Positions 1 to 12,195 of a DNA stretch of 64,000 bases are shown here, piece after piece; within the stretch, counting starts at the first letter, position 1; every line of letters begins with the position of its first letter. Under the pieces are notes generated by a model. The model saw only the letters and a program-made list of their open reading frames with translations, did no database searches and had not been told where the DNA came from. The stretch covers positions 19,096,001-19,160,000 of the forward strand of contig NC_043007.1 of assembly GCF_006345805.1 (NCBI RefSeq), written 5' to 3'. A program made the position numbers and the translations under genes. The stretch is from Octopus sinensis. Lineage: Eukaryota.

Positions 1-315
1 CCTCGAGTATATTCCGCATTTCCCCCCAAAATTTAAAGGTCAAAATCCTTAGTGCGTACTATATACGAAGTTAAAAATGAAAAATATTTTCTAAGCAATG
101 TCCGAGTTTCTATTTGCTCGGGCGCAAAAATACCTTAAGCTAAGCCTGAAAGCGACGAAATCATAAAAGAATCATCCATAACTTGCAGTAAGCAACATTT
201 ATTAAACGTTATTACTGTTATTTCTTTATCTTCTGCAAACAAAATGCACAAAAAAGCTACACGTTTGCATTATGTTATATATACAATAATAATAAAGGAC
301 GTTACTGTATACATT
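1..315 (+). mobile_element. Partial Tc2/pogo-type MITE (short subfamily), cut by the window edge and truncated at about 315
   Basis: Near-identical to 3026-3777 and to the reverse complement of 30207-30719. It lacks the same internal segment as the 30207 copy. Confidence 0.8.
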
Positions 316-537
316 CCTGTAACTTAGCAGTTTGGCAAAAGGGACTGATAGAATTAGTACTATGCTTAATAAATAAGTAATGGGGTCGATGCATCCGACT
401 AAAAACTCAAGGCAGTGCCCCAGCATGGTCGCAGTCTAATGACTGAAACGGGTAAAAAATAAAAGATAAAAAATACCACACAGTCTAAAGAAGAAGCAGA
501 GCCTATGGTCATTGTATGTTGTCCAACACTTAAGAAA

Positions 538-1015
538 TGGATACAACGCCTTACTTCCCTGGGCATGGATACATTGAAACTCCGACGTCTGGCAGCTGAG
601 TTGGCAGACACCCATAAAATTATTAACCATCTTACTAACAATAACTCTGAGCACCTTTTCAAACTCCACCTGTCTAACACCTGTGGACATGTTTACAAAG
701 TCAGGAAACAGCACACCTCCCATGACTTTCGGAAACATTTTTTTACACTTAGAGTTGCTGAAGTATGGAACAAATTGCCGGCATCAGTTGTTAGTTGTCG
801 GAGCACTGCATCCTTCAAAACTTCCATGCTTTCTGAGATTCGCCAACACTACACCTGATTTTCTCCCCTCCATACACACGCAAGCATGTATCTGACTCAT
901 ACACTGTTCAATTCACATACATTTGTACATTACTGCATATGCTTTATACGCACTTTCTGACAAGTTGTGGTGCACCTGAGCACTGTATACAGTAATTTCA
1001 TTATTATTATTATTA
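538..1015 (+). mobile_element. CR1-clade LINE 3' end (ORF2 C-terminus, 3' UTR, (ATT)n tail)
   Basis: Translation LKLRRL...TCGHVYKVRKQ...RKHFFTLRVAEVWNKLPASVV...SFK is the typical CR1-like ORF2 C-terminal motif. It ends in an (ATT)n tail at about 1000-1015. Confidence 0.85.
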
Positions 1016-1511
1016 TATTTATAAGTTGACAAGTTCAAATAAAAACTTGGATAGGATGGAGTATTTTAAAGGTTTGGTGGTATGGGAGGGAAAAGATCAG
1101 GTAAGGTTCTTTTTGTTTTTTTGGAATTTTTTTTAATTGCTTGGAATTTGATGAGAGTTGGTGACAAATTCCATCTGACCTCTGAAAACATGAAAAATTG
1201 GAAATATCTCAAAAATATTCTTCAGGTGCAACTCACATATCAGAATTGCATTACCTAGTTTCACAAACACAAAATGAAAAAACACATTTAATACAGAATA
1301 CTGAGGTGACCAAAGTTGGTAGTTGTTGGGTGGGGTGAGGCTGAAGTATTTCCTAGCTCTGATAAAAAAAAAAAAAATGAAGGGACCAATCTTTGAGAGG
1401 TAGTTTTAGTATGTTGAGGGTGATAATATGTCCAAAAAGATTCCCAATAATAATAAAACCTAGCATTTGAAGCACTTGTTAGAGCTGTAGTTGTATAATA
1501 TTCATGTTTAA

Positions 1512-1726
1512 CCCTTCTGTTACCGTATTCCTGTTGAGATGCTCTGTGTTACTTTCAATTAATTTTAAATATAACAAAGAATTTAGTAAAATAACTTAGT
1601 TATCATTCAGCTAGTGTTAGGAACATAAATTGTGACTAAGGTTTGGTGGAAGATATTAATTCAAAACTTATGTAAACAAGACATTTGTACTCAGAGCCAG
1701 TTTCAGCCGGGTTGGTATTGAAAGGG
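1512..1726. mobile_element. piggyBac-like MITE
   Basis: Ends read TTAA|CCCTT ... AAGGG|CTAA (degenerate TTAA TSD). A second, truncated copy lies at about 36447-36665. Confidence 0.65.
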
Positions 1727-1844
1727 CTAAAGGGTGAAATGCAATAATGTTTTCATTGTTCGTTCTCAACCAAGGTCCATATGACCATCAGCGGGGTCCA
1801 TTAAGGTCTTGTTGAAATTCATCTGTAATAAACTGGTCATTTTA

Positions 1845-2132
1845 GAGATGAGGAATTATGTACAATATTTACATTGGACGGATAGATGTCCTTACCTTGT
1901 TTGTTGTTACCACAATGTTTCGGCTGGTGTACTCTCCAGCCTTCATCAGGTGTCCTGGTGGAATTTCAAACCCAACCCTTTATTTGACTAATGGGGTACA
2001 CTGTTCTTATTCCTAAGGTATTTTTTGCTGATGTTATTTTTATTATCTATTCAAGTCACTGACTGAGATTGAACCTGGAATCTTGGGGCTAGTAGCCCAC
2101 ACTCTTAACCACTACGCTATATGCCTGTGGGC
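1845..2132 (-). mobile_element. tRNA-headed non-autonomous retroelement with a hammerhead-like 3' module
   Basis: Minus strand shows A box TAGCGTAGTGG, B box GGTTCAATCTC, a short (AAT) tract, then GACAC-CTGATGA-A-GGCTGG(AGAGTACA)CCAGCC-GAAA-CATT-GTG. Homologous copies at 2146-2585 and 20322-20531, and a fragment at 37195-37312. Confidence 0.75.
1910..1954 (-). ncRNA. Minimal type I hammerhead ribozyme motif (PLE-type), probably decayed
   Basis: CUGAUGA core, 6-bp stem II, GAAA, and stem I CAC/GUG. Copies read GAAACATT, GAAATGTT and GAAACGCT, consistent with decay of a palindromic GAAACGTT. Confidence 0.6.
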
Positions 2133-2145
2133 AATTATAGAGTGA

Positions 2146-2585
<440 letters not shown>

Positions 2586-3025
2586 TTTTAACAGTTATTT
2601 TTATACAATTTCTTATATTTAATTATGAAAATATAAGCGGATCTTTTTTAAAAACATTCAATGTGTATGAGGGTCCAGAGAAGTAAAATAGGAACCATAG
2701 GGGAAAAAAATGGCTGAGCCACTGATATGCATGTAGTGTTTGTTTTTGGCAGTTTTATTTATTTATTTATATATTTATTTATTTATTTATTTATTGTTAC
2801 TATAATTCACAAGATTTACAAAGAGAATACCTTCAAGGAAGCTGTTTATATTTGGCGTGTAAGTGGGTACCAGTGGATATTTGGTATGAAGCAGGTATCA
2901 GCAGGTACAGACGGTTAGAGATAAATAAAGGGCTGCTACCGTCAATGAAGGAATGGATGCTGCTAGATGTGATGAAAGGGGCAGAGCGCTGATGCTTAGG
3001 AGGTTGTGATTATTGTGATACGATA

Positions 3026-3777
3026 CCGTAAATCCTCAAGTATAATCTGCATTTTTTTCCAAAAATTTAAAGGTCAAAATCCCAAGTGCGTACTATATAC
3101 GAGGTTAAAAATGAAAAATATTTTCTAAGCAATGTCCGAGTCTCTATTTACTATCCAGCAATGTTTTTATTCAGATGCATTTTGTGATGTTGGGCGCGAA
3201 AATACCTTAAAGCTAAGCCTGAAAGCAATGAAGTCATAAAAGAATCATCCATAACTTGCAATAAGCAACATTTATTAAAGTAAAAGCATTCAGAAATAAA
3301 TGAAAGCGAATCTTGTGATGTTGACGATGAATCTGACGATGACGGAGATTTATATACTACAATGATGCTGACATGTTTACGGAGGAACAAATGGAACAGT
3401 TATTTGATGCTGAAAGTGACGTTGAATTTGCAGGATTCGAATAAATATTTTTGCTTTTGCTTTTGTAACTGATAGTGATAAATATGTAACGGCAATTTAC
3501 ATTTATTTTTCACTGACATTATTACTGTTATTTCTTTATTTTCTGCAAACAAAATGCACAAAAAAGCTGCACGTTTGCATTATTTTATATATACAATAAC
3601 AATAAAGGATGTTACTGTATACGTTTTTACAAACCAAGGATGTTAAATAGACCTCCTTGACTCAAGTTAGAGAAGGGGTGCGTATTATACACAAGGTTTA
3701 GGTTTTTCAGAGGTACAACCTCCAAAAAATCCCCTGCATATTATACTCAAGGGTGGACTATACTCGAGGATTTATGG
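3026..3777 (+). mobile_element. Tc1/mariner superfamily (Tc2/pogo-type) non-autonomous DNA transposon
   Basis: TIRs CCGTAAATCCTCAAGTATA ... TATACTCGAGGATTTATGG, flanked by TA on both sides. An internal acidic peptide remnant ends ESDVEFAGFE* (3361-3444). Confidence 0.85.
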
Positions 3778-4574
3778 TATTTCGTAATCGAGATGCAGTA
3801 GGAATGATGAAAGAGAAGAGGAAATGGCTGAATCAGGGGATTCTAAGTGATGGTAGTAGAGATGAAGAACTAACTGGAACAGAAGCTATTGCAGAAGTAA
3901 TAGAAGAGATCAGGGTTCCAAATGTGTTCATGAGTCTTTGCCAAACAAACAAAATTTTTGGGGATAAGGAAACATTTTCAGTGACACAATTCACTGGAAA
4001 ATACGAAGAGTTTCATCCATATTCAAAAGGTTGCCATAAATTTACTTGATGTTGGCATAATTCAGGCATTTTTTAAAGAGTTCTTATAAGATTAACAGAC
4101 AATCTGAAGAGTTACAGAGGAGTATTTAATGTAACATATGAAAGAGTCAACTCTGCAAGCATTCCTTATTCATGTCTGTTGTCATTTTCCAAGAAAGTTC
4201 TTCACAACATTCAGCAATTTTATTGAGGTTTTTCTTCTTCAGAGGCTGGAGAATATAAGAATGGAATTTTTTACCAATTAAATATCGTTTTAACTAAACA
4301 GGAAATAAAATTCAAAGAATTTTAAAACGACAAAATATGTCTTCAGACAGTTATGAACGTTGACATTTGAAAAATAAATGTAAAATATTCTATGTAACAA
4401 ATACACACATACACAAACACACATAACACACATATCTGGATATGTTCATACATACATACATACATATATATATACATACATACATACATACATGCATGCA
4501 TACATACATACATACATGCATACATACATACATACATACACACATGCATACATACATACATACGTATATATATA

Positions 4575-4760
4575 TCATCATCATCATCATCATCATCATC
4601 TTTTAACGTCAGCTTTCCGTGCTGGCATGGGTTGGACGGTTTGACTGAGGGCCGGCGAGCCAGATGGCTGTACCAGTCTCCAATCTGATCTGGCAAAGTT
4701 TTTACAGCTGGATGCCTTTCCTAATGCCAACCACTCCGAGTGTGTAGTGGGTGCTTTTAC
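4575..4760 (-). mobile_element. RTE LINE 3' UTR fragment with (GAT)n tail
   Basis: Homologous to the 3' end of 41441-42107. Further copies at about 23490-23750, 26630-26770, 26900-27090, 36290-36390 and 39510-39660. Confidence 0.7.
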
Positions 4761-4901
4761 GAAGTAGGATTTAACGTTTTGAGCGAAGCTCTTCATCAGA
4801 AACATAGAAAAAGGAAAGGTCCAAGGAAGGAAGACGGAGAAAGAAAATCACCAACGACACACACGCAGGTGTGTGTATGTATATACATATATCTATATAT
4901 A

Positions 4902-4948
<47 letters not shown>

Positions 4949-4984
4949 ATATATATATATATATCGTATGTATATACTTAATAT

Positions 4985-5850
4985 GGAAATGAAATGTATG
5001 CAGTTGGAAGATGTAGCACAAAAGGTGGAACATGTGGGAAGCAACAAAATTAAGGTAAAGGAGTACGTCTACCTTGGACACACAGTGAATATGTTCTAGC
5101 AGGGTGGAAGGCATTTAACTCAGTAAAGGATGTGATCCAAACCAATCTAGACAATGTTATACGTGCCAGACTCTTCGATAGCACCGTCCTAGCTGCACTC
5201 TTATACCCAAGTGAGACGTGGGCTATTACGAAGAGGATAGAACATTCGCTTGGGTGTAATGCAAAGGGCCGTGGAATGACCCCTTGATAGGAATATCACT
5301 AAGAGACCATGTTTGGAATGAGATGATTCAGGAAGGGAGCAGAGTGAACAATGTGGTTGCAGAGTACCAAAAGCACAAGTTCTGCTGTGTTGGACATTTC
5401 GTAAGGTTCACAGACAACAGGTGGACCCATGCATTTGCTGTATGGTATCCTAGTGATACCATACCATACAAGGTGGCAAGCTGGCAGAATCGTTATCACG
5501 CCAGGCGAAATGCTTAGCAGTATTTCGTCTGCCGTTACGTTCTGGGTTCAAATTCTGCCGAGGTCGACTGCCTTTCATCCTTTCTGGGTCGATTAAATAA
5601 GTACCAGTTACACACTGGGTTCGATGTAATCGACTTAATCCGTTTGTCTGTCTTCTCTGTGTTTAGCCCCTTGTGGGTTGTAAAGAAATAGGTATCCTAG
5701 TGATCAGAAAAAGCCATTTGGAAGGCCTCCACAATGATGGGAACATGATTTAGCTAAGCAATTTGGGTCAAGACAGAAAAGAATGGTACAATCGAGACAA
5801 TTGGAAGTGCACTGTGACCAGCGGTGTGTAACAACATCTGATGATATATG
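4985..5850 (+). mobile_element. Degenerate RTE-clade LINE reverse transcriptase C-terminal fragment, interrupted by a SINE
   Basis: Frame-broken motifs EYVYLG, WKAF...RARLFDSTVL..LLYPSETW, IGISLRDHVWNE.I, KFCCVGHFVRFTDNRWT..WYP and GRPP. Confidence 0.8.
5458..5690 (+). mobile_element. Single-unit tRNA-derived SINE (family A here) with a 14-bp TSD
   Basis: TSD GGTATCCTAGTGAT at 5444-5457 and 5691-5704. tRNA-like head with B box GGTTCAAATTC, and core GTCGACT..GCCTTTCATCCTTTC..GGTCGAT. Confidence 0.9.
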
Positions 5851-6067
5851 GTCAATATTTATCAGTTATTTGGTAACAGTTCGTACACAGACCAGATGAC
5901 AAGTATTTCCCCTGATGAGATTCAAGAGGACCTAACAACAAAAGATCCAATTGCTGAGGCATGGCACATGCTTGGATGGGTCAGAGGGAATTTGTTGAGG
6001 TAGATGCTCTTCCTGTCACCAACCCTTACCTTGTTTCCAAGGAAGACGATATTTCCCCATGGCCAGA

Positions 6068-6282
6068 CATGGAGAGGAGGCTTTCTCCGTCCGGGTTGCG
6101 GATCTGTGGAATAAGCTGCCAAACGAAATAGTGAAGATGCCGACAACCGCTCGGTTCAAAGTCTCTCTTGACCAGAAATGGCCTGAACTCTTTGCATGAC
6201 CACCCTCCCTGTACATAACTCCATGTCCCCCTACATGGCCTTGCTTTTTGCTTTTTGAGCTAAAAAATTAACTTAACTTAAC
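6068..6282 (+). mobile_element. CR1-like LINE 3' end
   Basis: Translates as REEAFSVRVADLWNKLPNEIVKMPTTARFKVSLD, followed by a short 3' UTR and an (AACTT)-like tail. Confidence 0.7.
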
Positions 6283-7475
6283 AATACAAGACTGGAAATG
6301 AAAATCATTGATGGTATGATGGTGACACTTGGCTACAATCATCACACGGTGTCAAGATAAGGGTGCACACACAGACTCATACATACAGATGTATGTGTAT
6401 GCTGTATACACACACACATCTACGGTGGACTTCTTTTAGTTTCCATCTACCAAAATCCACTCACAAGGCTTTGGTTAGCCTGGGACTACATTAGCAGACA
6501 CTTTACCATGGCACCACACAGCGGGACTGAACCTGGGATGTCATGGTTGGGACGAAAATCTGTTAACCACCTGGCTGCACCTAGACTCATCATCAATAAA
6601 CATAGAAATAAATGGGAAGGTAGCCACCTCTAGATTGGGTTAGGGTTAGGGTTAGAGTAGCCACCTCTAGGTTGGGTTAGGGTTAAGGTAGCCACCTCTA
6701 GGTTGGGTGGCCACCACTGGACCACATGGTGAACCACAAAGAAATAAACCATACCAAACTTTCTTGAAGATAATAAATACGGATTGTGTAGGGTGGCCCA
6801 AAAGTCACAAAGGTGGTAATAATTCATTTATGTTCTGTTTTAAATTCATGGGGCCTTAGCACCACATACAGTTCATAGATGATGCTTAAGGCATTGGAAT
6901 GAAGGGAAAAGAGTGAAGGGTGGCCATGCACAGGGTGAGAGAGGCAGCAGGGAGGGCCTCTCGCTGGGTATGGAGCAAGAGAGAGGAGTTAAGGCTGAAA
7001 ACCAGGAGGGGATGATGGGCAGTGATTCGGCCACCCCTACTGACCTACCAATATTGGGTACCATTTGATGAGATCAGTTCCACCCGGCCAAAGCTTTAAT
7101 CACTTTGGTCACTGGAAAAGAAACATCTTCATCGGAAATATGTTAGGGGTGGAAACATCACGTTTTCTAAATTACAAATACAAAAAAAGTAATTAAAACA
7201 AATTTATGAAAATTTCAGACCCATTTGTGACTTTTGAGTTACCCTGTACATGTGTGAAAGTAAATACCTTACTTTATGTTGTTGTTGCTGTAACTGTTGT
7301 TATTGTTCTTTTTAGTGTCGATGCCTTTACTATGGTATACGTCTTGCTGGTTATTCCTTTTCTTTGGTCTTCAAAACAACCATTAAAATTTGGTCAGTTT
7401 TCTTATTCTGCAGCAGAAATTCTTGTTTTCATTGTCAAATCCTCTATTTTGCTACTTGTTTTGTTATTTACAAAT

Positions 7476-7726
7476 CTTCTTCTTCTTCTTCTTTAGGGGC
7501 CATGTCCAGAATGTAGGACAGAGGGCAAAATCTTTTCCTGCCGTAATTCTCTATTCTTTGTTTTCAGAAATGGTTCCACTTCCTGACGTTTAATGCTTCT
7601 TTCTTCCAACCAATTCATTAAGCTTGATATCCGTATCTCCCTTCTCCATCATCTGCTTCTTCTCCCTTCAACCAATTTCTTATTTACCATATTTTCTCTG
7701 TCCATGCTGTCCTTAATATTCTCCTT
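7476..7726 (-). mobile_element. RTE-like LINE 3' end with (GAA)n tail
   Basis: Minus strand gives a degenerate ...VEGRRSR.. motif and ends in (GAA)n at about 7476-7494. Confidence 0.5.
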
Positions 7727-8932
7727 AAAATAATCAAGGTATTTCACAGGTGTGCATGCATGAAAAGAGATTGGACCCAAGACAATGTGTCATAAACATT
7801 TTTTTTTTTTTTCAAAAAATTTAATTATAACTCTTTCATTTTCAGATTTACTCTGTCAAAATTAAGCCTTATTTATTCAATTTTGAATTAATCATGTATT
7901 ATCTTGTAGCTTCAAGATTTCAATGATGTGACTGTTTATTTTTAGAATGACATTGTAGAGTAGGTGTGAGAAGCCGGATATAAGCAGGCTTGAATACAAA
8001 ATAAATAACATATTTGGACCGGATATGATAGGGTTGAGTGTCAAAAAATTAAAACAACTGTTTTTGTTTTCTTTTGTTATTTTTCTTTTAAATTTTCCAT
8101 GCAATTGTAATTTTATTTTTATTTTTTTAAATTTATTTTATCTCCAGTGTCATCATTAAGTCAGAAAGATTTGAGGACTTCAAATGAAAATGGTGACTTA
8201 CTTCATGTTGCTATTGTCGTTGTGGTGATGTTTTAATTCTTACATGATAACAGTTCCTCATGTTTAGACCTATGTCAGTTCTGATTCTACAGTTCTATGA
8301 TCAAAGGCATTCCAGCCATGACCATCATGACTTTTTCTGGACATGAAGTAAACCAACAGCAACATTATCTCATATGTACATTTTTCAAAAATATAATTAG
8401 GTGTGATATGATGAAAATTTAGCTGCTATTTCTAGTAGGTCGAGCATTTATTTAGATGAACTGACTAGATTTGTTGTTTAAAGCCAGGTCAACCCTAACA
8501 GGACAGTTCTAAGTTTAAAGACATTCCAGCCATGACCATCAGCATGATGTAAATGAACCAGCACCAGTTGTCAGAGGGTGGGAGAATAAACACAACAACA
8601 AAGAGACATATATGAATATATATGCATGTATGTATGAACAGTATGTAGAATGGGTTTTCACAACCAAATTCACTCCCAGGGCATTGGTCAGCCCAGGGCT
8701 AAAAGCAGGAAACACTTGTCCAAGGTGCCACGCAGTAGAACTGAACTCAAAGCCATGTGATTGCAAACGAGCTACTTAACCGCACAATGAATTTAAGACA
8801 AAAAGTAAATACCCTCAATATATTAGGAAGCAACCCCATAAGCATTTTGCAACCACAAACCCTAGATTCAGTAAGACTGCCTTTAACATCTTATCAAATT
8901 GGGGAGACAAAAATCATAACTTGATAAACAAT

Positions 8933-9719
8933 CCCTATTTCTTTATTGCCCACAAGGGGCTAAACATAAAGGGGACAAACAAGGACAGACAAGGGGATTA
9001 AGTCGATTACATTAACCCCAGTGTGTAACTGGTACTTAATTTATCGACCCGGAAAGGATGAAAGGCAAAGTCGACCTTGGCGGAATTTGAACTCAGAACG
9101 TAGCGGCAGGTGAAGTACCTATTTCTTTACTACCCACAAGGGGCTAAACACAGAGAGGACAAACAAGGACAGACAAGGGAATTAAATCGATTACATTAAC
9201 CCCAGTGCGTAACTGGTACTTAATTTATCGACCCCGAAAGGATGAAAGGCAAAGTCAACCTCAGCGGAATTTGAACTCAGAACGTAATGACAGGCGAAAT
9301 ACCAATTTCTTTATTACCCACAAGGGGCTAAACATAAAGGGGACAAACAAGGACAGACAAACGGATTTAGTCGATTACATCGACCCCAGTGCGTAACTGG
9401 TACTTAATTTATCGACCCCGAAAGGATGAAAGGCAAAGTCGACCTCAGCGGAATTTGAACTCAGAACGTAATGACAGGCAATATACCAATTTCTTTACTA
9501 CCCACAAGGGGCTAAACATAAAGGGGACAAACAAGGACAGACAAACGGATTTAGTCGATTACATCGACCCCAGTGCGTAACTGGTACTTAATTTATCGAC
9601 CCTGAAAGGATGAAAGGCAAAGTCGACCTCGGCGGAATTTGAACTCAGAACGTAACGGCAGATGAAATACGGCTATGCATTTCGCCCGGCGCGCTGACGT
9701 TTCTACCAGCTCCTCGCCG
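8933..9719 (-). mobile_element. Family A SINE concatemer: one tRNA head plus four 184-bp bodies
   Basis: Unit starts at 8934, 9118, 9302 and 9486 (period 184). The head GCTGG.AGAAACGT.AGC.CGCCGGGCGAAATGC occurs only once, at about 9665-9719. Confidence 0.9.
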
Positions 9720-9739
9720 ATTCAGCACCAAATGACTCA

Positions 9740-10357
9740 GTTCCGTTGAACCTCGCTGTACGAGTGACCCATTGTACCAGTAATTTGCTGTACGAACCAA
9801 GACTCATGCAAATTTTTGTCTTGAAGTATGAGCAAACAAATCATCCCATCTTCAAGGTAATCCAGTTAATAAAACCAGTTTACATATTTATTCTGCATTC
9901 TCTTTTTTAATTATATGTCTTGCAAACAACTTGCACATGCAAAAGCTACCAGTCAAAAACTCCACATACCGGAAGCCAGCAAGTGCATGGTGTCATCAGG
10001 AGAGAATACGCGCCATTTTGGGGCCTACCTCTCGACAGCATCAATGTGCACCGGATCCCCTCACTGATATGAGGCCCCACTTGCTAAATCAGCTAAATCA
10101 AATAAAGCTCAATATCCTTCTAGCCATCGCTCATCGTCTCTTTTTAACCAAACCCAGTGGCTGGCCTTCTCCACTAAACCTTTACTTCTAACTAAACCTT
10201 TTCTGTTTTAAAACCCATAAAAAGTTGTTTTTGAATGGTTTTTTGAGGGTCTGGAACGATTAATTATATTTTAGTTAATTTCAATTAGGGAAATTTGATT
10301 TGTAAGACAAGCTCGGTCGTGGAATGAATTAAACTCATACTGCGAGGTATCACTGTA
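9740..10357. mobile_element. Old Tigger/pogo-like DNA element
   Basis: Right end CGAGGTATCACTG|TA is Tigger-like. The left end AACCTCGCTGTACGAG is degenerate. Confidence 0.45.
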
Positions 10358-10666
10358 ATTCCATTAGGCTATACAAATTACAAGCAAGAACTTGAAATTC
10401 TTGTGAGCTGGCTGACCTATTTAGTGAATGGCCCACAGGTGGCAGTGAGTACAGCTGTGCATTTAAACATTTTTTCATACAACACTTGTGTAAGTGATAT
10501 CTTGATTTTGTGACCTCCTTAGCTTATTTTACTCAAATTTCATCCTGGCAACGGTGTCTAAGAAAGATGCGAGTCTCACTGATGTCTTAAAGTGAAAGTT
10601 AAATTCACAATTTCGTTTTGTCTGGGAAATGACAACAAGCACATATGAAATGGTATTTGATAGGAA

Positions 10667-11083
10667 AGGCGGCAAACTGGCAGAATCGTTGGCACGCCGG
10701 GCGAAAAGCTTAGCGTTATTTCGTCTGCCGTTACATTCTGAGTTCAAATTCTGCCGAGGTCGACTTTGCCTTTCGTCCTTTCGGGGTCGATTAAATAAGT
10801 ACCAGTTATGCAATGGGGTCGATGTAATCGACTTAATTCGTGTGTCTGTCCTTATTTGTCCTGTCTATGTATTGGCCCCTTGTGGGTAGTAAAGAAATAG
10901 GCATTTCATCTGCTGCTACGTTCTGAGTTCAAATTCCGCCAAGGTCGACTTTGCCTTTCGTCCTTTCGGGGTCGATTAAATAAGTACCAGTTATGCACTG
11001 GGGTCGATGTAATCGACTTAATCCGTGTGTCTGTCCTTGTTTGTCCTGTCTATGTTTAGCCCCTTGTGGGTAGTAAAGAAATA
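10667..11083 (+). mobile_element. Family A SINE dimer (head plus two bodies) with a 15-bp TSD
   Basis: TSD GGTATTTGAT(A/G)GGAA at 10652-10666 and 11084-11098. Internal junction AAATAGGCATTTC at about 10895-10907. Confidence 0.9.
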
Positions 11084-11506
11084 GGTATTTGATGGGAATT
11101 ATGTCAATTTAGATTTATTTTTGTCAGTACATTTTCTGATGACAAAGAAAAAAAAGACAGCAGGAGAAAAAAGAGAGAAATTCCATTTTATTCCTGACAG
11201 CTATTTTGAATGACCATTAAAAAACCAATGGAATATGGTAAGAGTACCAGTGTAATTCAAGAATGATGAAATGGTTTTGATACTGTCAAATTCATGGAAT
11301 GGAATTCGTCAAGTAGCTTCATAATGGAGCAGGCTCAATTGTTCCATAAAGAACTTAAATTGGAGCATAATTTGTAACTTAAAGGGCATGGATAGGTGGC
11401 CACCACTGATCAGCAAAATGGTCAATACAGGAAGGTTTTGAAACCAATGGCACTGGAAATTTAGAGTTGCATCTGCTGCACATATAATGAACTAATATAT
11501 ATTTAA

Positions 11507-11832
11507 CTAGCACTATGACCCGGCATTGCCGGGTCATAGTGCTAGTGCAAGTACTGTCCAAATCTCCAACCAATTACATACAGCTAGCTGGCATTCAATT
11601 GGCGTATCAAGTTTCAGGCATTTTGATTGGGTTTTGGATAGAAAATTCACAAAAAAATCACTTCTATTGACTTTTTAATGGCTTTGCGGGGTGACTGGGG
11701 AAATGTAAAGATGTGCACGACCATCCTTGGACGGTTTTGAATGACCATAGAAAGTGCGAGCCCTCTAACTGAAAAATTGTGGATTTGTATAAAGGACACA
11801 CACAGACATTTTGCCGTTTATATATAGAGAGA
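11507..11832 (-). mobile_element. Non-autonomous Helitron-like element
   Basis: Minus strand begins A|TCTCTCTATATATAAA and ends in a GC hairpin followed by CTAG|T. No TSD. The terminal region is a perfect 41-bp palindrome (11506-11546). Confidence 0.7.
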
Positions 11833-11944
11833 TTGGTAAAAGTTGCAGAGTTACTCAAAGGCTGAGAGTTTCATGTAATTGCACTACCCAATACAGGAAA
11901 CTCTAAGCCTTTGAATCACTTTCTAATTTCAACCAATTACATAT

Positions 11945-12195
11945 TGAGGGAGACCCAGGAAGACATAGGATGAGGTGGTCAAGCAGGACCTTCGAACATT
12001 GGGCCTCACAGAGGCAATGACAAAAGACCGAGACCTCTGGAGATATGCTATGACAGAGAAGACCCAGCAAATAAAGGGAGTTCACAGCTGTAGCCTGCAC
12101 CAGTGTCGCATAACCAGCCCACTCAAAAGTACCTTGGATCGTAGGGCGATGTGTCGTGCCTGAGGAGACCTATTGAGTCAAGTACATCAACTTTA
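11945..12195 (+). mobile_element. RTE (BovB-like) LINE ORF C-terminus plus start of 3' UTR
   Basis: Translates as GRPRKT*DEVVKQDLRTLGLTEAMTKDRDLWRYAM. The downstream UTR matches 41500-41585. Confidence 0.8.

Noticed and set aside
3753-4049. 98-aa plus-strand ORF
   Set aside because: It starts inside a MITE TIR and has no recognisable domain. More likely the antisense of a decayed LINE.
6630-6710. Telomere or interstitial telomeric array (TTAGGG), also 14390-14430
   Set aside because: Only 2-4 units, embedded in other repeat sequence.
7206-7496. Hydrophobic membrane-protein-like ORF
   Set aside because: T-rich low-complexity sequence ending in a (CTT)n LINE tail, with no family motif.
9205-9580. 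Recurrent ORF MRNWYLIYRPRKDERQSRPRRNLNSE (also 10529, 43600, 59983)
   Set aside because: It is the antisense translation of the family A SINE, with non-ATG starts and frequent frameshifts.
8933-9719. Hammerhead retrozyme interpretation of the 184-bp arrays
   Set aside because: I found no CUGANGA...GAAA core on either strand of the unit, and the arrays begin with a tRNA-like head.
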